64,000 nucleotides of DNA from Eledone cirrhosa (taxonomy: Eukaryota), in NCBI GenBank assembly GCA_964016885.1, contig OZ024742.1, positions 272,614,001-272,678,000 of the forward strand, written 5' to 3'. Of the stretch, positions 10,962-24,577 are shown piece by piece (within the stretch, counting starts at the first letter, position 1; each line of letters begins with the position of its first letter). The notes below the pieces were generated by a model that worked only from the letters and a program-made list of their open reading frames with translations, was not told the DNA's origin and did no database searches. A program made the translations under genes and the position numbers.

Positions 10962-13058
10962 TTACCGTACTTTTGGTAGAGGAGGGATGGTTTTTACATC
11001 CCTTTTCACTTGATCGTCTGGTGAAGGGACCGTTGAATCGTCCCTTCGGCTGGTCGTCGGCTCTTCTAAGAGAATGTCTGAGTATACTCTTCGATTGATG
11101 GTTCCTCCTAGGTCCCTGAAATCACCAACTGCGTTGGGGAATTTCGTTTTAATGTTTGTGTATTGTTTCTGTGCTATTTTTAGCAGTCTTATGTTAGTTG
11201 GCGTTTTGATTGGTGCTGGTATTATGTAGTCCTGTTGTGAAATGTCTGTGTGTTCAATTATGTAAGTCATTAGTTTCTTGTTGTGTGTATTTATTGCCGT
11301 GCATTTGTTTTTCTGGGGGTGGGGTGTGGTTCTGCTATTTTCTTGTCGTTGTTGCTGGGTGTGTGTGTTTTGTTGTTGTGTTTGCGACGTTGGTGCTTGT
11401 GGTGGTGGTGTTGAAGGTGTTGTTGGCGGTGGGGTTGTCGCCGGTGGCGATGGTGGTGCTGGTGTGGGTGGTGATGGTGTTGGTGGTGTTGCTGCTGTGG
11501 GTCTCTTTGCAGTAGACTTTACCCTTTTCTCATTTCTTTCCTCCCTTTTCAAAGGCGACGATTCGCTGCTTCTGCGTTTGTGCCTTCTTGCGACCTTTTG
11601 CCATCCCTCTCCCACCTCACACTCCATGTCTGATTCTGTAAGGTCGGGGAGGGGTACCAGCTCCACTCTTTCACTTGTTGTTGTTGGTGATGTTTGCACT
11701 GGAGTCTCTGTTGCAGCTGCATTTGGTATTGCTGTTGTTGTTGTTAATATTTCCACTGCTGCTGCTGTCTTTGATTTCCGTGGAGTGGGTATGGGTGCCA
11801 CGGACCTATCGTTCCTGGTTGCCGCTTGTCCTGTTGCTGGTAGCCGTGGAGCCGGATTCGGAAGGAGGGGGGTTTTCTCCTTTCTCAGGGTCTTCTCGTT
11901 GCAGAAGGCCCTGAGGTGAGTCTTCGATCCACAGCGAAAGCATTTCGGGCGTTTGCCCTCAACACTTATGGGCAGTTGAGTGCCGTTATCGAAGTCTATC
12001 ACATCCGGGATAGCTTCGATGCACTCCTGGTTGGTTTGGATTAGCATCTCAATGGAGGAGCCGACCCAATCTTCTCTTACTTTTTTCTGTACTTGCAGTA
12101 CAGTTGTTTTGTCCTCGATTCCGACGAGGACAGACGCGGCCAGCCAAGAAGGGGTCATTCCGGGGGGGACGTGGGTCAGTTTGACCCTCACAATTTTTTG
12201 CCCGCAGTAGGAGGGCACCAACACCATTTCCTCGCTCCTTAGGGTCACTACTGATTGGGCCTTTGCCTCCTGGGGTGTGGCAAAAAGTACGTCTACGGTG
12301 GCGTATTTTTTGCCTCGGGTGATGTGCGTTTTCCTCTGCCACACAGACCCCAAGGCTTTTTGTATTTGGGCCTCTGTGGCTCTTTCCACCCTACGGGATT
12401 TTGTAGTTACTGTACGGTACGTGACCGTACAGTGCTCTTGGGTTTCGAAAAAATTTTTCGCTGCCTTGCAGATTGCTCGGTGTCCGTTCTTTGTCACCAT
12501 CTTCTTCGCTTCCTCTAATTCCTCATTTGTTATGAGGATTGTTTCCAAGTTTTTCGCAATACCTGCAAATGAGATTGGTTTTTCTCTGCTGTTGTTGTTG
12601 TCGTCAGAGCTGCTGGTACTTTTGTTGTTGCTGCGGGTACTACGACTACTGCCTCCGCCGCTGTTGCTGTGGTTGTTGTTGGTGTTGCTGCTGCTAATGC
12701 TGTTGTTGTTTATGCTGCTGGTGATGCTGTTGCGGCTGCTACTGTTGTTTTCATTGTCACTGTTGCTGTTGTTATTACGGCTGCTACTGCTATTATTCCT
12801 GACGTCAGACGAATGAACTGGGTTTTCGTATTTCCCGCACACCTGTTTCGTCGCTGTCGTCGTCGTCGTGGAGAAACCTTGCACGCTTTGCACGAGACTT
12901 TTCTTTTCTTTCGTCGCTTGCGAAAGAGAAGGGAGGGAGAGAGACACATTTAAAGAAGGGAGGGAGAGAGACAATCTTCTCTCTGCTGTAGTGATGATTG
13001 AGGAAGAAGAAGACGGAATGAGTGGGAGTGACGTATGAAATTTCTTTTTGGTAGCCAT
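10962..13058 (-). CDS. LINE ORF1 protein (698 aa from ATG at 13058): S/N-rich N-terminus, CCHC zinc knuckle, P/T-rich C-terminus
   Basis: CFRCGSKTHLRAFC (CX2CX4HX4C); lies upstream of ORF2; the MATKK start is conserved in the second copy. Confidence 0.88.
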   Translation of the reverse strand: MATKKKFHTSLPLIPSSSSSIITTAERRLSLSLPSLNVSLSLPSLSQATKEKKSLVQSVQGFSTTTTTATKQVCGKYENPVHSSDVRNNSSSSRNNNSNSDNENNSSSRNSITSSINNNSISSSNTNNNHSNSGGGSSRSTRSNNKSTSSSDDNNNSREKPISFAGIAKNLETILITNEELEEAKKMVTKNGHRAICKAAKNFFETQEHCTVTYRTVTTKSRRVERATEAQIQKALGSVWQRKTHITRGKKYATVDVLFATPQEAKAQSVVTLRSEEMVLVPSYCGQKIVRVKLTHVPPGMTPSWLAASVLVGIEDKTTVLQVQKKVREDWVGSSIEMLIQTNQECIEAIPDVIDFDNGTQLPISVEGKRPKCFRCGSKTHLRAFCNEKTLRKEKTPLLPNPAPRLPATGQAATRNDRSVAPIPTPRKSKTAAAVEILTTTTAIPNAAATETPVQTSPTTTSERVELVPLPDLTESDMECEVGEGWQKVARRHKRRSSESSPLKREERNEKRVKSTAKRPTAATPPTPSPPTPAPPSPPATTPPPTTPSTPPPQAPTSQTQQQNTHTQQQRQENSRTTPHPQKNKCTAINTHNKKLMTYIIEHTDISQQDYIIPAPIKTPTNIRLLKIAQKQYTNIKTKFPNAVGDFRDLGGTINRRVYSDILLEEPTTSRRDDSTVPSPDDQVKRDVKTIPPLPKVR

Positions 13059-13297
13059 GTTTTTTTGTTTAAAATGAAATTTTGGGTACAAAACCCCAAT
13101 AACTGGTTATTTAACCCCGAAGGGCCAAATAACGGACAGAAAGACCCCTCTCACGAGGAGGAGGGTGTCTTTATCAACAATTTGGTTCAAGTTTTAAACA
13201 ATTTACAATTGTTTTAACGGTTAAAAATTACTATACCTTACAGAGCCGAGCCTCCGTCAACCATGGCATTCAATAATAATAATAATAATAATAATAA

Positions 13298-16200
13298 ACA
13301 TTATCATCACAAACAAACTAAGCATTACTGACTTAAATCATCTCTATTATGCATCGGCTAAAGTCACCACTCACTTATGTGGAGTGAAGATGAAAAAACA
13401 AAGGAATTCCCACAAGAAATCTACTTGGCAAGATAACATCAATCGCCAAATAAACCTTCTCCGATCTGACATAGAAATTTTAACAAACTATAAAGTAGGT
13501 GAACATGTTAAACAAACTAAACTTAGAAAATTGAAAAAAAAGTACAGTATAAGATCAACATGTGACATAGACATGCTGATAGAAACAATCAAGCAAAAAG
13601 TGTCGGCCAAAGCTGCTCGTATAAGGCGCTTTGAAAAACGATCTAGATTCTATAAGGACAATAATATGTTCAAAAACAACCAAAGAAACTTCTACAGAAA
13701 AATTGGTAAGTCAACAATAACTGCTAAATCAATACCACCCAAGGGGGAAGTGCAAGAATTCTGGGAAAAGATCTGGGCCGAAGAAAAAGTTCATAACATA
13801 CATGCCCCATGGATATACAGACAAATGAAAGAAACAGCTCACCTTGAAGAACAAACATGGGAAAATACAACAGTTGAACAGCTGCGCTTGGCTCTAAGAA
13901 AAACCAGCAAATGGAAATCCCCAGGAAAAGACAAAATACAAAACTTTTGGATAAATGCCTTCACAGTCTCATGAGCTGTTAGCCCAACTTTACAATGAAA
14001 TAGTTAAGGAGCCAGAAAAGATACCATCATGGCTAGTTAACGGCATTACATTCCTGCTACCGAAGAATGATGAGACAAACAATCCCAAAAATTACAGACC
14101 GATAACCTGCGTGACCACAATGTATAAAATTTTAACATCAGTCCTAACTGTATACACATATGACCACCTGATAACAAATGACCTATTTCCCATTGAGCAG
14201 AAAGGGTGTAAACGAGGCTCATATGGCTGTAAGGATCAGCTTCTGGTTAACAAAATGATACTGGAAGATTGTCATAATAGACACAAAAATCTATCGATTG
14301 CTTGGATAGATTATAAAAAAGCATTTGATAGTTTGCCACACAGTTGGATTGAAAAATGTTTAGAGATTTTCAAAATATCCCCCGTTATCAGGAGGTTTTT
14401 GTCATTCAGTATGAGGACATGGAGAACGCCACTCCTTTTGAATAGTGAAACAAAATCACTGGAAGCTGGAGAAGTTAACATTAATTGTGGAATTTTTCAG
14501 GGTGACTCTTTATCACCGCTTTTATTCTGCATCGCACATATACCATTAAGTAAAATGCTCAATGAAACAAAACATGGATATAGAGTCTATGACAAAACCA
14601 TTAATCACCTGTTCTACATGGATGACCTGAAACTATTTGCAAAAAATGATGAACAATTGCAAGGGCTATTATCCACTGTGAAGCAGTTCAGTGATGACAT
14701 TAAAATGGAGTTTGGACTGGATAAATGCGCCAAAGCAACGTTCACCAGAGGAAAGCTGCTGAAGAGTTCAGACATTAATCTTGATCGGGGGAACGTGATA
14801 AGAGAGCTTGATCAAGAACAAACTTACAAATATCTAGGTGTTTGTGAAGGAGACGGAATCAAGCACTCGACAATGAGGGAAAGGATAAGGAAGGAATGTT
14901 ACCGCAGAGTCAGAGCAATCTTAAGAACGGAATTGAATGCAAGGAATAGGATCGATGCCATAAACACGCTTGCCATACCAGTAGTAACCTACAGTTACAA
15001 TGTCATCAACTGGTCAAGCACAGAGATCCGTAGGCTCGATACAAAAATCCGAAAATTCTTAACCATGCACAGAATGCATCACCCTAAGGCAGACATAGAT
15101 AGAATATATCTCCCTAGGAAAGAAGGAGGACGTGGGTTAATCCAGTTAGACATTGCGTTGAAAACTGCAACAATTGGATTATCCACATATCTAAGGGAAT
15201 CACATGATTGGATGATCAAACTCGTTTTGAAACACGAAAGCACCAAAAGATCATATTCCATTACAAAAGATGCACAAAGATACAGTAATGGACTACAAAT
15301 TTCAGAAGTCCCATTTACTGCTGAAATGGAAAACACAGAAAAAGCAAAGCAGGTAAAAGTAACTGCAAAGAAAGAACTGCTACAGAAACTGGCTAAGAAA
15401 TGGCAAGAAAAGCCTCTGTATGGAAAATACCCAGAGCGAGCTAACAATCCTGATGTTGACAAAACTTTAACCCATCAGTGGTTGGCATCCTCTGGACTGA
15501 AATCGGAGACTGAAGGACTGATTATATCCGCACAAGATCAGTGTCTGCCAACAAAAAATTACCAAGCCAACATAATAAAAAATGGGTGCAGCCCAGTATG
15601 CCGTGTATGCAAAAAACAACCAGAGACCATTGACCATATAATTTCAATGTGCAGTCCTATAGCTCCAACCGAATACCTAAACAGGCATGACAGAGCTGCA
15701 CAATACATACATTGGATAATGTGCAAGCATTTTGACCTGCCCCATCAAAAGAATTGGTGGGAGCATCAACCACCTCCCATACTTGAAAAAGATCACATCT
15801 CAATCTTGTGGAACTTTAGCATCCAAACAGACCGAAAAATAGATGCAGATAGACCTGATATAATATTGAAGGACTTTCAAAGGAGGGTATGCCTGCTAAT
15901 TGATATGTCTGTTCCAATAGACAAGAATGTATCTATAAAAACATTTGAAAAATTGAGCAAGTATAAGGACCTGGAGATAGAAATTGGAAAAATGTTGAAA
16001 TTGAGAACTAAAACAATACCAGTGGTTGTAGGCGCTCTGGGAATGATACCTAAGGGGTCTAACGACTACTTATCGCAAATCCCAGGAAACCCGCGTATCG
16101 GAGAAATACAAAAGATAGTACTAATGGGAACTGCCCATATACTAAGGAAGATCCTGTCAATATAAGTACATCACAAGTCTAAACACTAAGGATGCATGTG

Positions 16201-16305
16201 TGAATATGTGTGTTCTTTCTTGAACATGGCGGACCTTGTTGTCTCTTGAGGTCACTGGTTGTGACTTGGTGATAACTCGTATAAACATAAAGCAAGATAA
16301 ATGCA

Positions 16306-16350
<45 letters not shown>

Positions 16351-16397
16351 AATACTAATAATAATAATAATAATAATAAGAAGAAGAAGAAGAAGAA
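13298..16397 (+). mobile_element. R4/Dong-type LINE (family B), 5'-truncated, flanked by (AAT)n, tail (AAT)n(AAG)n
   Basis: (AAT)n at 13272-13297 and 16306-16378; RT-RLE ORF clearly diverged from family A. Confidence 0.9.
13384..16165 (+). pseudogene. Dong/R4-type RT + CCHC + RLE with a single frameshift near 13965
   Basis: KSPGKD in the first frame, then YRPITC, DYKKAFD, GIFQGDSLSP, YMDD, CRVC-HIISMC, RHD, RPDII...LIDM, KLSKY in the second frame. Confidence 0.9.
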
Positions 16398-16895
16398 GTT
16401 ATCTGTGTGTGTGTGTTTGCTTATTATTGTGCGATACGCTTGCTTTAGTGGCTTAGCATTCATAATGAAGTTTTCAGAGCAGTTGATTTGTTGTGTGCTT
16501 GATCATGTCATTTTATTTTACGTTACTCAAGTTTAAACAGCTGAAGAGAGGAAATGCGATGTCACTGGTACCAAACTATAAGAAACTTCGCCATTTATTC
16601 GGATAATATGAATGACATAGACGGGGGAGACTGGTGTCATTGTTATGCGGAGTAGAACTAAACGCATGCTTATTCGTTATTTTGAGGTATTTTCATATAT
16701 AGATTGACAAGGTGTATGAATACCAGAATATTTCTATAGTTCTCACTAGCTAAATATACGCGTGATATTTATAATGCAAGATGCAGTCACTCAAGTGCAC
16801 GCTTGTTACCTCATTCACTCTGTAGTTCATGGTCGGATGTCACTAAAATAAATTCGTAAAATATATATATATACATGTATGTGTATATAAATATG

Positions 16896-17831
<936 letters not shown>

Positions 17832-18612
17832 TATATATATATACATATACAATGCGCAAGGATGAATAGAAAATTAATCATGATGGTATCATATAAAAAT
17901 TGGCACGTGTTTCCAAAATTAACTTGTATCATATAATTTTGAAGATAAACAAGCTTTCATGGAAAAAGTTTCGAAAATGAAGTCACAAACATAGAGCAAA
18001 TATAAGCAATTATATAGTTTAATATCTTATTTATTCCATTGCATGTGTATCAGGGGAGTTGTTTATCTAATTATGTGAAATGTAATGAAAGAAATCGCGT
18101 AAACAATATTTATACATTGATATATTGGTATATATGTACGCTTCCTATCTTATCAGGAATAATAATTAAAAAGAATGAGAATGCATATACAATACAACTC
18201 GGATCATAGGCAGGAGAATGGAAAATATGAGGTGGTCCATATGTGCAGTTGAAATATCAAATTTAACGGGTTTTTTTAATGAGACTTTCGTAACCGTATT
18301 TTTATATTATTCAAATAAAAAATGCCTTATTCTAAAGGGAAACAATTCAACAAATTTATTTCTCTATCTTTGTGTTTGTCTTTTTATATTATAATAATTG
18401 CAAATGAAAAGCAATTATCCACCTATGAAAACTTGTCTACATGAGGAAACATTCACGTACAAACTGAAATACGTATACTTCTATAGGCTTATTGCCATTT
18501 GTGTACACACATATACTTATTAATTTTCAAACACGAATAACACACACACCTATATACCTATGCACACACGGGTGTTTATAGATACACAGACACACACCCA
18601 ATCGCACACAAC

Positions 18613-18661
<49 letters not shown>

Positions 18662-18685
18662 TAGATATCCCTCTACATGCATACC

Positions 18686-18727
<42 letters not shown>

Positions 18728-18875
18728 TCTATACCTAGTCAGGTTTACAAATATATGTGCATATATACACACATGCCCATAGAAACACATATATATATAG
18801 AGTTGTATGTTAAATTCTGGGTATATAGGTCCCCAGAGTAGTACACTCTTTCGCATATATATATATATATATATT

Positions 18876-19010
18876 ACCCGCACCTCTTCGTCACCTCCGA
18901 CAAAACCAAAATACTGTACAAGATGGACGCGAGTGAGTATAAAAAATTCATCTATAAGGAACTACACAAAGACTACAAAAAGACACCCTCTAGTACCCTA
19001 TTCCTTATAA
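18876..19010 (+). pseudogene. Short Penelope-like ORF fragment (region preceding the RT core)
   Basis: HLFVTSDKTKILYKMDASEYKKFIYKELHKDYKK resembles the PLE xDK(T/G) motif region; bounded by (TA)n. Confidence 0.5.
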
Positions 19011-19017
19011 ACTCTTC

Positions 19018-19048
<31 letters not shown>

Positions 19049-19185
19049 ATATATATACTAAAGGTAAATATTGATGCAATTAAACTCAAGCACTCAACGT
19101 ACTTTTTCCACATAGGAGTGACGGAGTATATATCGAATAACAACAAGCGAAGTAGTTTCAGATGTTAAAGTCCTCTAATGAAAAT

Positions 19186-19260
19186 GCTGTGATACATATT
19201 TCAATGACGACAGTGGCCACTCGGTTCGGTGCGCCCAGGGCCTTGACATCATCAGACAGC
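19186..19260 (-). ncRNA. Hammerhead ribozyme-like motif with long stem II
   Basis: GCTGT-CTGATGA-(46-nt insert with GGCC...GGCC pairing)-GAA-ATATGTAT-C-ACAGC; perfect 5-bp stem I and intact core. Confidence 0.6.
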
Positions 19261-20186
19261 TCCTTACATAATAAGGTTATGTTTCCGAGGCAATCCAAAT
19301 TGAATCGACATGGGAACGGACAAAGCGGGTGCTCTTGAATTCTTCGGCTGTTCCATTGTGAGTCCCAATTCACCCCCACCGGTCTGCGCAGGCGCAAGTC
19401 CGAAGGAAGTTGACCATTAACTACCCCAAAGTTCTACGAAACTCGCCTAGGCAGGTCCCCATCTCAACCAAACAATCACATCATCCAGTTCTGTAATATG
19501 ACACGATTATAGTTTACTGCTAGCCACCTGCCAGTGGCATTTGGCCAAAAGCTAGTGGGGATGGGAGAGTATGAGTTTCAATAGGTCTCAATACTACCCC
19601 TAAATTAAGCATGGACAGTAGGATTGACTATCACCCGCTAAGAGAATATATACTTATTTCTAGGTTTTATGGTTTCACTGTGGAAATTATGATTGAGAAT
19701 TAGAAATGAAAACTAAAAATTAAAAATTAAAAAATTACAAGTCAAAATCTTGATTGAAGTAAAAAGAATATGTACATATAATAACTAATAAATAGGGAGA
19801 TGTTTCAATTATAGTAAGAGGGATCAATATTACAGATATATTATCCATATATTGAACGATAGTACCGTGCAGTAGAACGGAGGGTGAATTACAGTATGAA
19901 ATGTAGTAGTTAGGCAAATACATAGTTAATATCTCTATCACATGAATCAAAACAAAAAAATACAAAATATAAAATACACAAAAATATACAAAACATACAT
20001 AGATGCAAAATGAGATAGGAGATATATATGAGAAACATATACGAGGAAGGTAAACTGTATGGAAATGAGAGTATAAGTAGTTAAGATGATTGTCAATTTT
20101 GTCCATTTAAAGTGCATATAAAAATTCGTTATCTGATGAAGTGGGGGGGGGTTTCCGTTCAAGGCCTCTGTGCAAATGTAATTTGC

Positions 20187-20225
<39 letters not shown>

Positions 20226-20334
20226 TGATAGATATGTTTATACCGGGTTCAATCGGGGGTATCCACTGTAAGTAAGGTACACAGTACATAGGAGAGTATA
20301 AATATTTAATATAGAAATGGCTTCATTAGGACTA

Positions 20335-22020
20335 GGACTGTCGGCGTCGCGATGACATTGTCATCAAACGCGCTGACAAAGAAGGGCTGTGGTGGTTGGT
20401 GCGGTGACATCTATAGGGCTGAGGCCCGTCGCCAGCTTCACAATACCCTTTTTTACCGCCCTTTATCCTCCGACGCCACTCCTGGCTACCAACAAGTGGT
20501 GTCTTCCACCATCCACGAGCTTATCTTCTCCTCTCCCACCACACCCACCAACCTTATTGTACGCACCCCTCGCACAACCACCATCTACTCCCTCCCCAAA
20601 ATACACAACCAAAATAAACCTCACCGTCCTATCGTTTCATTGTGTAACTACCCCACCGAGATAATTTATGAATATTTAGACACCTTCCTCGCCCCTTTAG
20701 TCGGCATCTCCCCTTCCGCATCTACGACGCAAATCATGCCATTAGACTCTTCAACTCTTTTTCCTTCCCTCCTGGCCCCTCCCGCATTCTCTTTACCCTG
20801 GACATTACCCCTCTCTATACCGTCATCCATCATGATGACAGCTTCCGCGCTCTCCGACATTTTTTAGATTTACGCCCTACCCCTTAACGCAGCATTACCA
20901 CTCTTCTCCGTCTGGTTGAGCTTCTTCTCACCCTCAATAGATTTTCTTTTTCGGGTGAATTTTATCAGCAGGTCCCTGGGGTAGTGATGGGAACCAGAAT
21001 GGGTCCAAATTATGCTAACATGTTTGTTGGCTACACCGAAGCACAGCTCTTCTCCCAGTACGCTGGACCGACTCCTGAGCTATATCGACGAGTCTATCGG
21101 CGCCACCTCTCTATCACGAGACCAGCTCGACTGTTTACTTCCTTTTGTCCAATCTTTCCATGCTGCTCTCAATTTCACCGACTCCGTCTCCGATTCTTCT
21201 GTCTCTATTCTATATATATATATATATATCTATTAATCACTCTCACCACACCCTCTCTACCTCCATCTTCATTAAACCAACAGACTCCCAATCTTATCTC
21301 GACTTCACCTCCTCCCATCCAACCCACACCAAACACTCCATACCCTATTCCCAATTCCTCCGTCTTCGTGTAGCCAGGACGACGATTTCGAAACCCATCC
21401 CTTCGCATGGCTTCCTGCTTCATCCAGCGTAGATATCCTCCAATTTGATCCAAGTTCCCCTCACCCGCGCCCGTGAAACTGCCCGCACCTCACCCCCACC
21501 CTCCCAACACCCGCGTTCTTTTCCCTCTCACCTACCACCCTATCACCTTACCACTCCGACGACATATCCTCCGTTCCATTTCGTCCTCTCCAACGACTCC
21601 TCCCGGCTCTCATCCTTGTTCCCGTTCCCGCTGCAACACTTGTCCCTTTATTTCCACCTTCACCACTCTTACAGGCCCTAACGGGTCTTTCCGTATCCAC
21701 CATTCCTCCACCTGCACATCCACCCACGTTGTTTATGTCCTCCGGTGTTCCCTTTGCGGGTCTTTATATATCGGACAAACGGGAGAGCCGTAAGGCGGAC
21801 CGTTTTGCCGAACATTTGAGGGACATACGACTCGGTGTGGATATTCCTGTCGCCCTTCATTACTGTTGTCCTGGCCTACTTCCCTACATGTTTCAGTCCT
21901 GGGTATCCTTTTACATCAAGGATCACAGGCACCGTGCACCAGAACTGAACAATGTCTGATTCAACGCCTTGTGTCCTATTCCCCTCTTGGACTGAACACA
22001 CCTCCCCAATTTCTCTAATA
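20335..22020 (+). pseudogene. Penelope-like element PLE-2 (Neptune-like, Cys-rich linker), decayed RT + GIY-YIG
   Basis: IKRADK, YSLPKIH...RPIVS, GVVMGTRMGPNYAN, KPTDSQSYLDFTSSHP...SIPYSQFLRLR, CSRSRCNTC, VVYVLRCSLCGSLYIGQTG, RFAEH. Confidence 0.85.
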
Positions 22021-22559
22021 CACCGTCCATTACCACACCCCTAGATTCCTATCGCTTTTTCTTGGTCATTAGCAGCTTATCTTACAACTAATGCATGTCG
22101 ACTATATATGCTCATTCCACTTTTCTCTTCACCGCTCTGTATACACACATACACACCCTCATATTAACATACTTTTACTCATAGCTTCGTACTTACATGC
22201 ATACACACAATTTTACTCACATATACACACACATTTCTTCTTATCTTCCTACGGACGTATAACACAAAAACACACACATACCCCCCCCCCACCCCACCCA
22301 CACACACAAACACACACATGCTTACAGAAGTGCTCAAGTATAGCTCTTTTACAAAACCTTTTTTTTTCCATTTCAGGTAGACACGCTCCATCATCCACTT
22401 TTCTAAAAAATAAATAATACACAAAACGTCAGCAGCAACAGTTTGCAAAAGATGTCAACATGAATGGACCTGTTATTTTTCATCTAAAGACATTTTTTCC
22501 CAATTCCATCCCGCCTGTCTCCTCAACCTATCTTATTTCTCATTATTTCTTCTCATGAA

Positions 22560-22710
<151 letters not shown>

Positions 22711-22879
22711 ATAATAATAAAATTGAAGACTAAAATCCAAAGAGGGCTCGATAAGGTAAATATATATCAAATATATAAGAACCGTAGAGCAAATATTTAT
22801 TAAAATAACAGATTAAAGTTTAAGCAAAGAATCGCTGCTTTCACCCTTAACGGGATCTTCTGAAACTAACAAAGTCAAT

Positions 22880-23222
22880 CTGTAAACGCAGAACTGGATA
22901 TTTCAAAAAACGTTGCAACCGGAGGAAGACAGGAAGACGATACTTTGGTTCGTGGTAACGTTCGCTGGCAAAGAACGGGAAACAACGAATAATACGTCAT
23001 TAATAGGAGCGGTGAAAAACAATTACGCGCAAAGAGAAAACCACGTTTATGGTATAAAAGAGGTTGTAGACTAATGTTCTCTTAAGTGGTGCATAGAGAC
23101 GTTCTCTGGCAATGAACGAAAAAACGAAGATAATAAGTCATATGTGGAGCGTGGAGAACAATAGCACGCAAAGACAAAAGCACGTAAATGGTATAGCAGA
23201 AATCGTAGACTAAAATTCTAAC
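22880..23222. repeat. Unclassified diverged repeat: partial tandem of ~125-200-bp units, third copy at ~24910-25113
   Basis: Shared CGTTC(G/T)CTGGCAA...ATAATA(C/A)GTC...GGAGCG...GCAAAGA...ATGGTATA...TAGACTAA. Confidence 0.75.
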
Positions 23223-23979
23223 TAGGAGACCAAATAAATCTCCGCTACAGAGTTAAGAACAAAGTAAATACATACAATACAGAAGTAATAGGAACAAATA
23301 AATACATACACGCAAACAGATACGTACATACACAAGCATACGCAAAACCTTACCATGGGTATACAAAACCACGCACATATAAATATGTGTGTGTGTGTAT
23401 GTTTGTGTACAAATAAATAAATAATTATATAAACGTATATAAGTAAATAAATACGTATATAACAAGCGCACACGCATACCTACATATAAATACACGAATG
23501 TTCGGAGACGTAAGTCAACTAAAACAAGAAGTACACATATACACACACCCACCATACGTACGAACCTGCACACTCACGCGGACGCAAAACTCCCGTATAC
23601 ACATAGCCAAACCCTAAATACCAGAATATGTAAAAAGTATACGCTATAACAGTCAAATATACGTACGAGAAGGTATACATACCTTCACAAAACATACGGG
23701 TAATATATACTTACCTATGCAAATACGTAAAGGAATAAACAAAACATATACTTAGCTCCCACATCAAGACATAAAATATCCACGTATAGATCGTGCTATC
23801 CGTTAAGGTATAACGTGGGGCTGTAATACAGGAAAGTTTTGTGCAATTTATGTTTACAAGCCGAAATTGCCTCAGATTTTTTGTTTAAGATGTGGTCTGT
23901 AGCGTAGAGTATTTCCAGGGCCTCAGCGGCGCAGAGGTCACATTGTCTTTTATTTCCGTTATACGATCTAGCCCTAGCT

Positions 23980-24577
<598 letters not shown>

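Larger units (their letters stand above)
7242..13271 (-). mobile_element. Full-length L1/Tx1-clade LINE inserted in (TTA)n; both ORFs intact
   Basis: 5' end GAATGCCATGGTTGACGG follows (ATT)n; 3' end AATAAAGAAATC runs into (ATT)n; the same ends occur in the copy at 48722-54510. Confidence 0.92.

Noticed and set aside
13130-13170. HDV-like ribozyme in the Tx1 5' UTR (CCTCCTCGT motif)
   Set aside because: No P1/P1.1/P2 pairing found, and the motif differs in copy 2; a simple hairpin explains it.
13955-13974. Programmed frameshift in Dong family B
   Set aside because: No slippery sequence; the break is inside the conserved RT region, which is continuous in family A.
22826-22868. HHR on the minus strand (CAGAAGA-TCCC...GGGT-GAAA)
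   Set aside because: The core is mutated and stems I and III do not pair; at most a relic.
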